Of a stretch of DNA of 43,553 bases, positions 10,128 through 18,905 are shown in pieces. This stretch comes from a virus (Duplodnaviria > Caudoviricetes). Position 1 is the stretch's first letter; each line of letters starts with the position of its first letter. Location of the stretch: positions 1 to 43,553 of the IMG/VR virus record IMGVR_UViG_3300032244_000317; one strand, given 5' to 3'. The position numbers were made by a program, and so were the translations under genes. Below the pieces are notes generated by a model. It was not told where the DNA came from. It saw only the letters and a list, made by a program, of their open reading frames with translations, and did not search any database.

Positions 10128-10486
10128 GCCTCGTCCTTCGTGACCTGCTCGCGCTTGATCACCGCGTTGAACAACTCGATGACCACGGCCGACGGTAGCA
10201 GCTCGATCATCGCTCGCGTCGCGTACCCGTCCTCGGCCTTCTCGAAAGGAATCACGCCTTCAGGGCCGCTCAGGTTGCGCCAGCCGACGAGCGAGCGACG
10301 CACCGTCTCAATCATGATCTTGGCGTGTTGCGTTGCGCCTTGCGCCTCAGTGAACGCGGAGAGCTCGGCCTCGTCGTACACGGTGAACGGACGCACGAGG
10401 AAGACGGTCTGGGTGTCGGTCGAGTACTCGCGCTCGGCGAGCAGGATGTATTCGCGCGGCTTGCGCGGGTCGAGGGAGAGCTTCAT
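10115..10486 (-). CDS. Tail assembly chaperone G
   Basis: MKLSLDPRKP...LVGWRNL...EAGKS, between tail tube and tape measure, ends at the slippery heptamer. Confidence 0.85.
   Translation of the reverse strand: MKLSLDPRKPREYILLAEREYSTDTQTVFLVRPFTVYDEAELSAFTEAQGATQHAKIMIETVRRSLVGWRNLSGPEGVIPFEKAEDGYATRAMIELLPSAVVIELFNAVIKREQVTKDEAGKS
10121..10127 (-). promoter_or_regulatory. -1 programmed ribosomal frameshift site G GGA AAG
   Basis: Minus strand reads GCG GGA AAG TCC TAG; same heptamer as lambda G/GT; the -1 frame is open to 9696. Confidence 0.88.
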
Positions 10487-10505
10487 GCGTGCGAGTGTAA
10501 CGAAC

Positions 10506-10537
10506 GAGGCCCGCAGGGTTCCGTACCTGCGGGCCTC
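10506..10537 (-). terminator. Stem-loop / probable terminator after tail tube gene
   Basis: Perfect 12-bp stem GAGGCCCGCAGG/CCTGCGGGCCTC, 8-nt loop, weak U tract (GTTCGTT). Confidence 0.6.
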
Positions 10538-10562
10538 ACAACTCGCACACCCTAGAGAGAGA

Positions 10563-12065
10563 TCAGACGCTCGGATCCCAGATGATGCACATCTCGTTGT
10601 CACCACCGACCGAGCTCGTCGAGCCGCTGGTGAGATTGAATCCGATGTCGCGGATGATGATTCCGTTACGGTCACCCTGACCGACCGAGCCGATCACCAT
10701 GTTGTTGATCTTGAAGCGGAACTTGTCAGCACCGCTACCAGTCACGATGTCCATTCGCAGAGAGCCTGTGGAGAAGAAGTTCGCCATCCAGTCGAAGTCC
10801 AACTCAGGCGACTGCTCGGGGTCGATCGTGCCGGCCGGAGCGCGGCCGTTGATGTAGATGCCGTCGATGCCAGTCGCGGCCGTCAAGCAGCGGCGGTACT
10901 GGATGTCGTTGGCAACATCGAGCGTGAACGACGAGGCGCAGAAGGACTTCTGGCCCGAGAAGGTGGTGATCGCCGCGTCGCCAGCGTTCATCGTCGCGCC
11001 GAGCAGGACGGGCGGCGTGCGATCGAGGAAGGTCACGCCCGTGATGCTGCCCGCATCGGTGACCGCGTTCTTCACGCCCGAGAAGTTGAACGCGAACAGC
11101 ACCGGCTCGCCGATGTTGCCCGAGATCGAGACCGTACCACGGCATCCAACCAGCGACTCACGCGTGCCGTCCTTCGACAGACCGATGGTCAAAGCCGGCG
11201 AGTGCGTGACAAGCTGGACAAAGGCACTGCTTCCTGCAAGGTTGAAAGTAGTGCCCGGAGATCCAGCCGTGTACGGAGTCACCGTTTCGGAGTTTGTGAA
11301 TGTGCCTTGCACGCGGCGCACGAAGTAGCTGGTGCGCGAGGCCGAGACCGCGTAGGGAACCACGACGGCAATTGCGCCGCTAGTGCTTCCGACCAGCACA
11401 ACGCCACCGGCCAAGGAAACGCTCGAGCCCGCCGTCAGCGTGTAGAGGGCCGAAGAGGTCGGTATATAACCGAGCGCAGTGATCGTCGGGGCGGCCGCGC
11501 TGCCAGTGAAGGAGCCGGAGCCGCCAGAGAATGTCCAGCCAGTGCTCGCGTCGAACGCGGTCTGGTTGCCATACAAGCCAGCAGCCGAACCGGCCGTGAA
11601 GCCGGGTCCCTTGGTCACCCAGATGTACTGAGACGCGCTGTCGGTGTAGTAGTTGCCGACCACGGTGCAAGTAGCCGTCGGTGTAGTTTGTGTGAGTACC
11701 GTGCCATGCAACAGCGGCCCGCCGGTGATCGCGCCCGTCGGCACCGTGATGCGGAACAGCTCGACGCGCTGGAAGCCACAGGCCAACAGCGGCAAGTCGA
11801 AGCTCGGCGTGTTGGTCGTCGAGTAGGTCGCGCTGCGGCTCGTCATCTCGAGCGAGAAGCTCGCGCTGCCCAGCACCGCGCCGGCCAAAGGAGCCAGCGG
11901 CGTGAAGCTCTCACGCGCGACGCTGCGCTCATAGGTCTCGACATCAAAAGTCAGAGACGGATCGACCGCCAAGTAGCTGGCGTAGGTCGTGGAAAACGGA
12001 TCGGTGAAAGTACCCTCGACCGTTTCGGCGCGAAGGCACAACTGTTGGAGTCTTGTCAGGGCCAT
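10563..12065 (-). CDS. Major tail tube protein with internal insertion domain
   Basis: 500 aa; tube-like N- and C-terminal parts (LVGCRGTVSISG, FTLDVANDI, GDRNGI); lies between terminator protein and chaperones. Confidence 0.8.
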   Translation of the reverse strand: MALTRLQQLCLRAETVEGTFTDPFSTTYASYLAVDPSLTFDVETYERSVARESFTPLAPLAGAVLGSASFSLEMTSRSATYSTTNTPSFDLPLLACGFQRVELFRITVPTGAITGGPLLHGTVLTQTTPTATCTVVGNYYTDSASQYIWVTKGPGFTAGSAAGLYGNQTAFDASTGWTFSGGSGSFTGSAAAPTITALGYIPTSSALYTLTAGSSVSLAGGVVLVGSTSGAIAVVVPYAVSASRTSYFVRRVQGTFTNSETVTPYTAGSPGTTFNLAGSSAFVQLVTHSPALTIGLSKDGTRESLVGCRGTVSISGNIGEPVLFAFNFSGVKNAVTDAGSITGVTFLDRTPPVLLGATMNAGDAAITTFSGQKSFCASSFTLDVANDIQYRRCLTAATGIDGIYINGRAPAGTIDPEQSPELDFDWMANFFSTGSLRMDIVTGSGADKFRFKINNMVIGSVGQGDRNGIIIRDIGFNLTSGSTSSVGGDNEMCIIWDPSV

Positions 12066-12089
12066 GGTGTTTGTTGTTCCTAGTCGCCG

Positions 12090-12554
12090 CTAGTACGCGG
12101 TCGTCGGGTCTGAGTACAGAGTTCGGTACAAGACGCGAACCGTTACCTGAGCCTCGGCGAGAGGATTGGTTGGCTCGGCCTCGAAGACTTGATCCCCCAC
12201 GATCTGTGTCGTGAGCGCATAACCTCCACGCGTCCAGTCCGTCGTGAGTGCCACACGCACATCGGTCAGCAGATCCTGTAGGCTCGTCTCCCAGTTCGTA
12301 TCGTAGACACCGCAGACGACCAGCAAGTCCATCGTATGCTGGACGATGCCGATGCGGCTGTCGTCGTGCGTCTCGCCCTGCGGGACGACGATGATGCACG
12401 GGTAGCTGGGCACCTCGAAGATGTTGCCCGTCCAGCGACGCACCGTGTTCGGCGCTGTCTTGTAGTTCAGCGGTGTCGTCTTGATCGCCGCGAGCACTGT
12501 GTCGATGTTGGCGAGGATCGACTCTCGGACAAGTGTTCCTGCGGGGTAGGCCAT
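12090..12554 (-). CDS. Tail terminator protein (gpU-like)
   Basis: 154 aa MAYPAGTLVRESIL...YPCIIV...LLTDVRVAL...VRVLYRT; immediately upstream of tail tube. Confidence 0.72.
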   Translation of the reverse strand: MAYPAGTLVRESILANIDTVLAAIKTTPLNYKTAPNTVRRWTGNIFEVPSYPCIIVVPQGETHDDSRIGIVQHTMDLLVVCGVYDTNWETSLQDLLTDVRVALTTDWTRGGYALTTQIVGDQVFEAEPTNPLAEAQVTVRVLYRTLYSDPTTAY

Positions 12555-12892
12555 CAGCGGATCTCCTCGAGCGTGATCGTAACAGAGCCCGTCGCCACCG
12601 ATTCGCGCACACGGCGCAGCGTGCCCTCGGAAAAGCGCACCTCGAGCGAAGAGCCGCCCGGCGGGGTGAAGTTCATAGAGAGCACGGGCCCGTAGGTTGC
12701 GGCCCACGCACGCTCGACCTCGTCGAGGATCAAGTCCGTCGAGGAATAGGTCAGAGTCCAACGGCGCAGCGGTCGCTCGTTGATCTCACGGCCGCGGCTG
12801 TGACCTCGGTCTTGGTTGACCTGCACGGCACGCCGCTGGTTCGATTCGACCACGGCCTCGGGGCAGATCGTCCAGTCAAAGACGGCGGTCAT
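12554..12892 (-). CDS. gpM/Dit-like minor tail protein located in the neck gene cluster
   Basis: 112 aa; PLRRWTLTY...MNFTPPGGSSLEVRF...TITLEEI aligns by eye with the C-terminal domain of 4847..6964. Confidence 0.6.
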   Translation of the reverse strand: MTAVFDWTICPEAVVESNQRRAVQVNQDRGHSRGREINERPLRRWTLTYSSTDLILDEVERAWAATYGPVLSMNFTPPGGSSLEVRFSEGTLRRVRESVATGSVTITLEEIR

Positions 12893-13572
12893 GCGCCACC
12901 GCCTAGGCCGGCGCGTGCGAGAGCTCGATTCGTGGCGACACGCAGCCGAGCACGACGGTCACCGGCCATCGTCGGGGACTCGAAGGTCTTTCGGAAGCCA
13001 AGGCGCGGCGGGATCTTGACCGACTTCTTGAGGATATACAGCCACTGCGGCTTCGAGTTCTTACCCTTCGCGGTCTTACCTCCGGGCTTGCCATCGGACA
13101 CGATGAAGAGGTTGCCGGACTTAGGCGAGCGCACCACGCTCATCTGGTCAGGGTACGAAGTGAACAGACCACGCGCACCGTCGGAGTAACGCTGCACACC
13201 AGATGCCGTCATAGCATCGCGCAGCGGGATCGTGAGGTACTTGGCCCTCTTGGGTCGAATCACGCCGCCGTACTCTTGCAGCCTCGCGTATTTGACGCCG
13301 GACGAGAACACGGCTAGCGTCAGCTTTGAGCCCGTTGAGATGCTGCCCGAGACCTCGAAACCGAACGAGTTGCGCAGGAGCTTTGAGCGGTTCTGCAACA
13401 AGCCGCCCTCGGTGCCTTGACGGCCGGTGTAGCCAGTGAACTGGCCCTTCTTGATGCGAGCCGTGAAGTAGGTTCCGTGCTCCTTGAGAGCCTTGGTGGC
13501 TTCAATGTTCAAGGCGGCGGGAATCTTCTTCACCGCTTGCTGGAATCTCTTGGTCTCGATGTCGCCCTTCAT
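12889..13572 (-). CDS. Neck / tail completion protein (virion morphogenesis, Mu gpG / HK97 gp10-like)
   Basis: Basic 227 aa with RSKLLRNS, VKYARLQEYGGVIRPK, VKIPPR motifs. Confidence 0.75.
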   Translation of the reverse strand: MKGDIETKRFQQAVKKIPAALNIEATKALKEHGTYFTARIKKGQFTGYTGRQGTEGGLLQNRSKLLRNSFGFEVSGSISTGSKLTLAVFSSGVKYARLQEYGGVIRPKRAKYLTIPLRDAMTASGVQRYSDGARGLFTSYPDQMSVVRSPKSGNLFIVSDGKPGGKTAKGKNSKPQWLYILKKSVKIPPRLGFRKTFESPTMAGDRRARLRVATNRALARAGLGGGA

Positions 13573-14190
13573 CTAGAGCGAGATCCTCATGTACTTGTTC
13601 AAGGTCTTCTGCACATCGGCGAGCAGGTCGTAGTCGCCCGTATACTGGGTCGAGCTCTGGCCCACCGAGAAGTTGCCGCCGGCCGACAAGCGGCGACGGT
13701 GCAGGTACGCGACCTGCAAGTCGCACGCCTGCGCGAGATCAGGGTACGCAGTGATCAGGTTCGCCGTGCTCGTGGCAAGCCCGCCGGTGTAGGTCACTTG
13801 CAAGTAGTACGGCGCGATCGGACGACCGGCACTGCCAGCCGTGAACGGCGTGCCGGTCGTGATCATGCGGATGATGCCCGCGTCGTTCTCGATGATGTAG
13901 TCGTCGTTCTTCGAGAGCGTGACGGCGGCGGTGAAGTCGGTGCTGTCGCTGATCTTCACCGTAAGTGCGCCGGCTGACGGCACAGGCGCACCCTTCAAGC
14001 TCACCAGACGACGCGTGAACTTGACGGGGTAGACCTCAGTCCGTGCCGACTGCTGGCCGTGCCGGCGCATCTCGTTGTCGAAGCGCATGCTCGTCGAGGT
14101 GATGAGTTGCGCGATGAGCGTGTCTTGCGAGGTATCAGCACCGCCGATACCAAGCAGAGACTTCACGCGTGCAGATGTTGTGTAGTCCAT
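13573..14190 (-). CDS. Head-tail connector (adaptor, gp6/gp15-like)
   Basis: YTTSARVKSLLGI...QDTLIAQLI...VTYTGG...PDLAQAC...LNKY pattern. Confidence 0.8.
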   Translation of the reverse strand: MDYTTSARVKSLLGIGGADTSQDTLIAQLITSTSMRFDNEMRRHGQQSARTEVYPVKFTRRLVSLKGAPVPSAGALTVKISDSTDFTAAVTLSKNDDYIIENDAGIIRMITTGTPFTAGSAGRPIAPYYLQVTYTGGLATSTANLITAYPDLAQACDLQVAYLHRRRLSAGGNFSVGQSSTQYTGDYDLLADVQKTLNKYMRISL

Positions 14191-14193
14191 AGG

Positions 14194-14586
14194 CTACAGC
14201 ACCGCAAGGGTGACATTGGAGGCCGAGTCCGGCGTGACCAACTCGTTGTACTGCCAGACAACGCACGAGGTCTGAGCCGAGGAGCTCGGCGTGATCAACG
14301 CACGCACGTAGCGGCGTGTCTTCTGGTGACTAACCAGAACCATGCCGGAGGTCAAAGCGATATCACCAGAGATCGTCGCCAAGCTCCCGACGCTCGCAAA
14401 GCTGCTGTCGTCGTCGCTGTCTTCAATCTGAACGGTGACGCTCTTGCCGACCGAGGCAGCGTTGATCATCACATGGAACACCGCGTAGCGGTAGTTCGAG
14501 CCGTCGACCGACAAGCTCGAACCGGCAGTGCCACCGGCCGCACGCACCACGGTCGTCTTGAGTCCAGTAAGCTGGTCGTTACGCAT
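14194..14586 (-). CDS. Capsid cement/decoration-like protein (Bbp16-like), paralog 3
   Basis: VQIEDSDDDSSFASV...RRYVRA motif shared with 14586..15005 and 15397..15831. Confidence 0.6.
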   Translation of the reverse strand: MRNDQLTGLKTTVVRAAGGTAGSSLSVDGSNYRYAVFHVMINAASVGKSVTVQIEDSDDDSSFASVGSLATISGDIALTSGMVLVSHQKTRRYVRALITPSSSAQTSCVVWQYNELVTPDSASNVTLAVL

Positions 14587-15005
14587 CAGAGCACCTCACC
14601 GGCGAAAGTGTCGTTGCCGAACTGGTTCTTCGAGTTGAACTGCAAGCATGACGCGATCGGGACGACATTAGTGCCGGCCGTCGTTGTGATGCTAAGACGC
14701 ACATACTCTCGAACCGAGTCGTGCGCGATGAGAATGGTACGCAGACCATACTGGCCATCACCGTCGGCCACGCTCTGCGTGAACGATGTGCCCGTGACAT
14801 CTGCCCACTGCGAGTTGTCCGCGCTGTCTTGCAGCTTGCCGCCGATGGCGCGGGAGCCTGTGATGTTGGTGGTCACATAGAAGATGGCATGCGAGAAGCC
14901 GCTCGGCGTTATCGCCGAGCTCTCGAATGTCGAGCCGTTATTCAGCACAACGCCCGGTGCTCGGAGCGGGGTCTCCTTGATTCCTGTCTTGCCGTCGAAG
15001 TTCAC
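14586..15005 (-). CDS. Capsid cement/decoration-like protein (Bbp16-like), paralog 2
   Basis: KLQDSADNSQWADVTG...REYVRL motif. Confidence 0.6.
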   Translation of the reverse strand: MNFDGKTGIKETPLRAPGVVLNNGSTFESSAITPSGFSHAIFYVTTNITGSRAIGGKLQDSADNSQWADVTGTSFTQSVADGDGQYGLRTILIAHDSVREYVRLSITTTAGTNVVPIASCLQFNSKNQFGNDTFAGEVL

Positions 15006-15319
15006 AGGTCGCCTTTCTTCTTGCGAGGTTTGCGCGCGGGCTCAAGCTCAACGATAACGGGCTCAACGATTCGCTGTGCAGCGGTACGCTCTTCCCACGC
15101 CCTGTATCTGTTCAGCAACTGCATCGGCCACAAGTCCTTGTTCGTCTCGAGCGAGTCGGGCGCGGCCAGCTCCAGCTTGTACTCTTGGCCCTTGATCTCG
15201 TCGCGCACCCACTCGTTGTCAAAGTCGATCGTGTCGCCGGGCATCAGCCAGACGCGCGGCAGACCGCTCGACTTCGGATCGTGAACCACGCAGCCCTTGA
15301 TCACTCGATACAGCTTCAT
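15002..15319 (-). CDS. Hypothetical protein in head cluster
   Basis: 105 aa, coupled to the next gene, basic C-terminus (KPRKKK). Confidence 0.7.
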   Translation of the reverse strand: MKLYRVIKGCVVHDPKSSGLPRVWLMPGDTIDFDNEWVRDEIKGQEYKLELAAPDSLETNKDLWPMQLLNRYRAWEERTAAQRIVEPVIVELEPARKPRKKKGDL

Positions 15320-15340
15320 GCCGTCAGTCTACCTAGAAGG

Positions 15341-15376
15341 CGAGAGCCGCCACCGAGTGAACGGCGACGGCTCTCG
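15341..15376 (-). terminator. Stem-loop / probable terminator after capsid and cement genes
   Basis: 15-bp stem with G-U pairs on the minus strand, CGAGAGCCGTCGCCG/CGGTGGCGGCTCTCG, followed by CCTTCT. Confidence 0.6.
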
Positions 15377-15396
15377 TTGTCGCTTGGCAGCGTCGA

Positions 15397-15831
15397 TCAG
15401 TCGAGGTTGAACACCAGCGTCTGAGCGGTGAACGCAGCGGCCTGAGCGTAGTTCAGGCCGATTACATACACGCCGAAGTTCGAGCTGCCTGCACCTACGC
15501 TGGTGTAGCGAACCTTGATGTAGCGTTCGCACTTATCGGTCAAAGCAGCGGTGCCCGTGTAGGAACCGAGTTTGATGCGAGCGTACTGAACGCCAGCGGC
15601 CGTGAAGGTCGTGAACGCCGCGCCGGTCAAGTCAGCGTAGGTGCTGTTATCAGCACTGTCGCGGATCTTGATTGCCACGCTCGTCGACACCACGCCTACG
15701 TCGGCGATGATGATCAGCTCTTGGAATCCGTTCGTGTCGATAGCCGACGAGTCCTGATCGGCCGCAGTAGCGCGTGCGCTCGGGCTGAAGGCAGTCGTAA
15801 CCAGCAAGTTGGTTGCGCTGTTGTGCATCAT
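15397..15831 (-). CDS. Capsid cement/decoration protein (Bbp16-like), paralog 1
   Basis: Directly after MCP; IKIRDSADNSTYADLTG...ERYIKVRY. Confidence 0.68.
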   Translation of the reverse strand: MMHNSATNLLVTTAFSPSARATAADQDSSAIDTNGFQELIIIADVGVVSTSVAIKIRDSADNSTYADLTGAAFTTFTAAGVQYARIKLGSYTGTAALTDKCERYIKVRYTSVGAGSSNFGVYVIGLNYAQAAAFTAQTLVFNLD

Positions 15832-15864
15832 GGAAGTGTTCTCCTTGTGTGTTTGGTTAGGGGA

Positions 15865-17076
15865 TCAGATGGTGCCGACGCAGAACGCTTCGGGGTAACG
15901 CACACCAACATCAACCGTCATGCCAGCGAGGATCTGGGTCTGACGCTTGGTGAAGTTCGTGCCTTCGCGGCTGGCCGCGAGAACCATGGTGCCCCACTCC
16001 GCGACCATCGAAGCGGCGAACGCGCCGAGGATGATCTTGGTGTCGGGCATCTGGGTCGTGACGACATAACGGTGACCGATGATGCGCTCGATCTTGCCAG
16101 CGTCGATAAACGGACGGTTCTTCGGCTGGATGTTCACCGTGCTGCCGGCGTTCTCGAGGTCAACTTGCTGACGCAGGTTCTGGAAGTTCGTCGGGCTCAA
16201 CGCCCACACGAACTCGCCCACCGTCTGGGCGTTGTCCTTCAGCAGTTCGTTCTCCATCGTCATCATCTTGCCGTACGCGGCGGCGAGGTTCAGCGCACCC
16301 ACCGAGGCGGTCGTGTTCACGCCGCTGGTGTTGAGGATGCCGGTCGGCTGACCAGCAGCACCCGTGCCCTGATACACGGCCGAGTCGATCTTCAGGCCGA
16401 TGTCGCGGGCCAGTTGGCTACGAACCAACTGCTCCGCACCCGGCGCACCCAGCTCGATCAGACGGTTCGACAAGGTGCACAACGCGAACACATCGTGCGG
16501 GTACAAGTCGATCTGACCGAAGGTCATGTCGCCCGAGGTCACGGCCTCGACTTCACCCAGCCAGTAGGCCGTGGTCGCGCCGGTGATCTTCGGGATCTGC
16601 ACGGGCGAGCCGGTCAGGCCACCCATGCGAACGGTGCCCGCGTCGTAGACCGTGACCGCTGCTTGCAGCAACGGGATGATCTGCGCCGACATCACTTGGT
16701 TCGGGACGATGAAACCACCGAGGCTGTCGACGGTCGTGACCATGTCCTTGGTCACAACGGCCGAGTCCAGCGTGCCGGCGGCAGCGGTGCACATCTCGTA
16801 CTCAAGAGGTGCGTACTTGGCGACATTGCCCTTCATCAGGCCGGACATCAGCTTGGAGAAGGAGAACTCCTTCACTTCGTTGCTGTCCTGAGCGAGGCCC
16901 GGGATGGCGAACTTCGCGCTCTTGGCCTCGAGTTCACGACGCTGGGCATCGAGCTTCTCGTCCAACTGCTTGGCGAGACGCTCGCACAACTCGGTGTCGC
17001 GCTTGTCGAGGTTTGCTTTCAACTGGCCGATCAACGCCTGTGACAGCGCATCGACCGAACGATCATTGATTTCCAT
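15865..17076 (-). CDS. Major capsid protein, HK97 fold
   Basis: Coiled-coil N-terminus, GGFIVP, AYWLGE, GTGAAGQPTGIL, DVGVRYPEAF; AGAGGA upstream of ATG 17076 (alternative GTG 17106). Confidence 0.95.
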   Translation of the reverse strand: MEINDRSVDALSQALIGQLKANLDKRDTELCERLAKQLDEKLDAQRRELEAKSAKFAIPGLAQDSNEVKEFSFSKLMSGLMKGNVAKYAPLEYEMCTAAAGTLDSAVVTKDMVTTVDSLGGFIVPNQVMSAQIIPLLQAAVTVYDAGTVRMGGLTGSPVQIPKITGATTAYWLGEVEAVTSGDMTFGQIDLYPHDVFALCTLSNRLIELGAPGAEQLVRSQLARDIGLKIDSAVYQGTGAAGQPTGILNTSGVNTTASVGALNLAAAYGKMMTMENELLKDNAQTVGEFVWALSPTNFQNLRQQVDLENAGSTVNIQPKNRPFIDAGKIERIIGHRYVVTTQMPDTKIILGAFAASMVAEWGTMVLAASREGTNFTKRQTQILAGMTVDVGVRYPEAFCVGTI

Positions 17077-17102
17077 GTGTCTTTCCTCTGCGGTCTTTGG
17101 TG

Positions 17103-18902
17103 TCACAGGCCGCGAGCAACGCGCTCGACGACCTGAGCGTAAAACGCCGCAGCGTCTACGCTTTTCGACGACCGCAGAGCGGTCGCCTGTTCTGTTTGTG
17201 CCGTCGCCGCCTTGGCGATGTCGGCCTTGTCGAGTCGCTTCTCGAGCGACTCCAACGCAATCATGAGATCGGATAGACGCTTGTCCAGAGCCGTGAGCTT
17301 CGCGCTCATCTCTTCGGACATCTCGCCCTCTTCCTCTTCGACTTCGACCTCGGTCTCAGTCTCGATCTCCACCTTGGTCAGCGTCGAGAACTTGTGAGCG
17401 ACGAAGACATCGGTCTCCTCATACTCGCCCTCGCCGTTGTCCTTGTAGATCTTGATCATCGCGGCCGGGTCTTCGCTCGTGCCCTCGACCGACACATCGG
17501 TGTTCGGCACTTCGATCTTGCCGCTGGCCTCGATGTCCACGATCTCGCCGAACGCGGCACCGCCGCTAGAGTCCCAAGTCACGAAGTCGCCGACCTTCAA
17601 CTCGTCGGGCGCGGCCTTGGTCTTCTTGCCACAGCCGCAGGACTTCTTCTCCTCTTCGGTGTCCATCATCGCCGTGCCCTCGCGGCACATCGAGTAGGCC
17701 ACCGCCAGCACTTGGTCGATCTTCCACTCAGGATGCTCGTCCATGAGCTTGGGCACTTTGCCCGACACGCACTCCTGCAACGCATCCTTCTCTGTTTCGC
17801 TCATGGCTTTGTTCACTTTCGCGGGATCGTAGGCCCAGTTCTTCAACGAGATATCACGCTTGGAGATGTCGCACTCCTCGCTGACCGCGTCGCCTTGTTC
17901 CATGTTCTTCATCCGCGCGATGAAGGAGATTGTGCGCTTGGCATCGTCCACCAAGCTCGCGTCCCAGTTCTCCTTCGCCGTCTCGAGCAGGCGCAGGTTG
18001 CGCTTGATCACAGCGTCCGCGTCCACGCTGGCCTTGCGGCTGCACGGGTCAGAGTCCCACGCCTTGAGCTCCGATGCGCTCATGTTCACCGCGTCGCGCC
18101 ACGCCGTGTAGGTCGCGTCGATCTCGGCCTGCTCGATCTTCTCGACGGCCCCGAGCGCGAAGGTGCGCCGCGCCGGCTGGATGCGTGCGACGCTGCGCAG
18201 CAACTCGTCGGCCAGCGCACGGCCGATCTTGCCACGCTTGACCATGTCGTTCATCGCACAGGAGACGGGGTCGCTGGTTCCCTTCTGGAGCAGCGCGTTC
18301 GGGTTCGCGGGGATCGAGCAGTTGGATAGCTCAAGCTGCTGCTGCTCCTCGTATAGCACGCCGTACGGCCCGAGGTTGAGCTCCTTACGCTCGGCCTCGT
18401 TCTTCGGCTTGTACGCGCGAGTCGGAACGAAGCCCACAGACACGGCACGCAGACCGCCCTCGTCGATCATGCGAAGGACGGCTTCGCTAACGGGGTTCGC
18501 TTGCTCCGAGAAGTAGGTGATGGACTCCATGAGCACCGGCCGACCTTCGGCTTGCTCTTGGTTCCAGTCGTGCACCTTGCCGATCGGGAAGCCGTCGGAG
18601 TCGTGGCCCCACAACGCGATCGGGTTCTTGGCGAACTGCGTGAACTTCCAGCCCTTCACGCGGATGATGTCGCCCATCCGATCCTGCGTCTCGTCCGACG
18701 CGATGAAGCGACGCGTGCGCGAGCCGTCGGCCATCTTGGTCACCGGCGCGACGATGCCGCGCACATGGATCGCGCTGGTGTCGGTCTTGATGGCGAAGAT
18801 GTCCTCGACCTTCGCGGCCTTGAGCTCCGCGTCCGTGGCGATGCCGTTGAGAATGCGGGCAGCGAGCTGCTGCACTTCGCTGTTGTTGATCAGGATTTCC
18901 AT
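17103..18902 (-). CDS. HK97-type prohead protease with C-terminal accessory domains
   Basis: FIASDETQDRMGDII, NPIALWGHD, AVSVGF, LELSNCSIPANPNAL, then ~390 extra residues. Confidence 0.9.
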   Translation of the reverse strand: MEILINNSEVQQLAARILNGIATDAELKAAKVEDIFAIKTDTSAIHVRGIVAPVTKMADGSRTRRFIASDETQDRMGDIIRVKGWKFTQFAKNPIALWGHDSDGFPIGKVHDWNQEQAEGRPVLMESITYFSEQANPVSEAVLRMIDEGGLRAVSVGFVPTRAYKPKNEAERKELNLGPYGVLYEEQQQLELSNCSIPANPNALLQKGTSDPVSCAMNDMVKRGKIGRALADELLRSVARIQPARRTFALGAVEKIEQAEIDATYTAWRDAVNMSASELKAWDSDPCSRKASVDADAVIKRNLRLLETAKENWDASLVDDAKRTISFIARMKNMEQGDAVSEECDISKRDISLKNWAYDPAKVNKAMSETEKDALQECVSGKVPKLMDEHPEWKIDQVLAVAYSMCREGTAMMDTEEEKKSCGCGKKTKAAPDELKVGDFVTWDSSGGAAFGEIVDIEASGKIEVPNTDVSVEGTSEDPAAMIKIYKDNGEGEYEETDVFVAHKFSTLTKVEIETETEVEVEEEEGEMSEEMSAKLTALDKRLSDLMIALESLEKRLDKADIAKAATAQTEQATALRSSKSVDAAAFYAQVVERVARGL

Positions 18903-18905
18903 AGG

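Noticed and set aside
10140-12083. 647-aa plus-strand ORF (likewise 15721..17043, 23469..24824, 3918..5006)
   Set aside because: Antisense shadows of well-supported minus-strand genes; expected in high-GC DNA; no recognisable motifs
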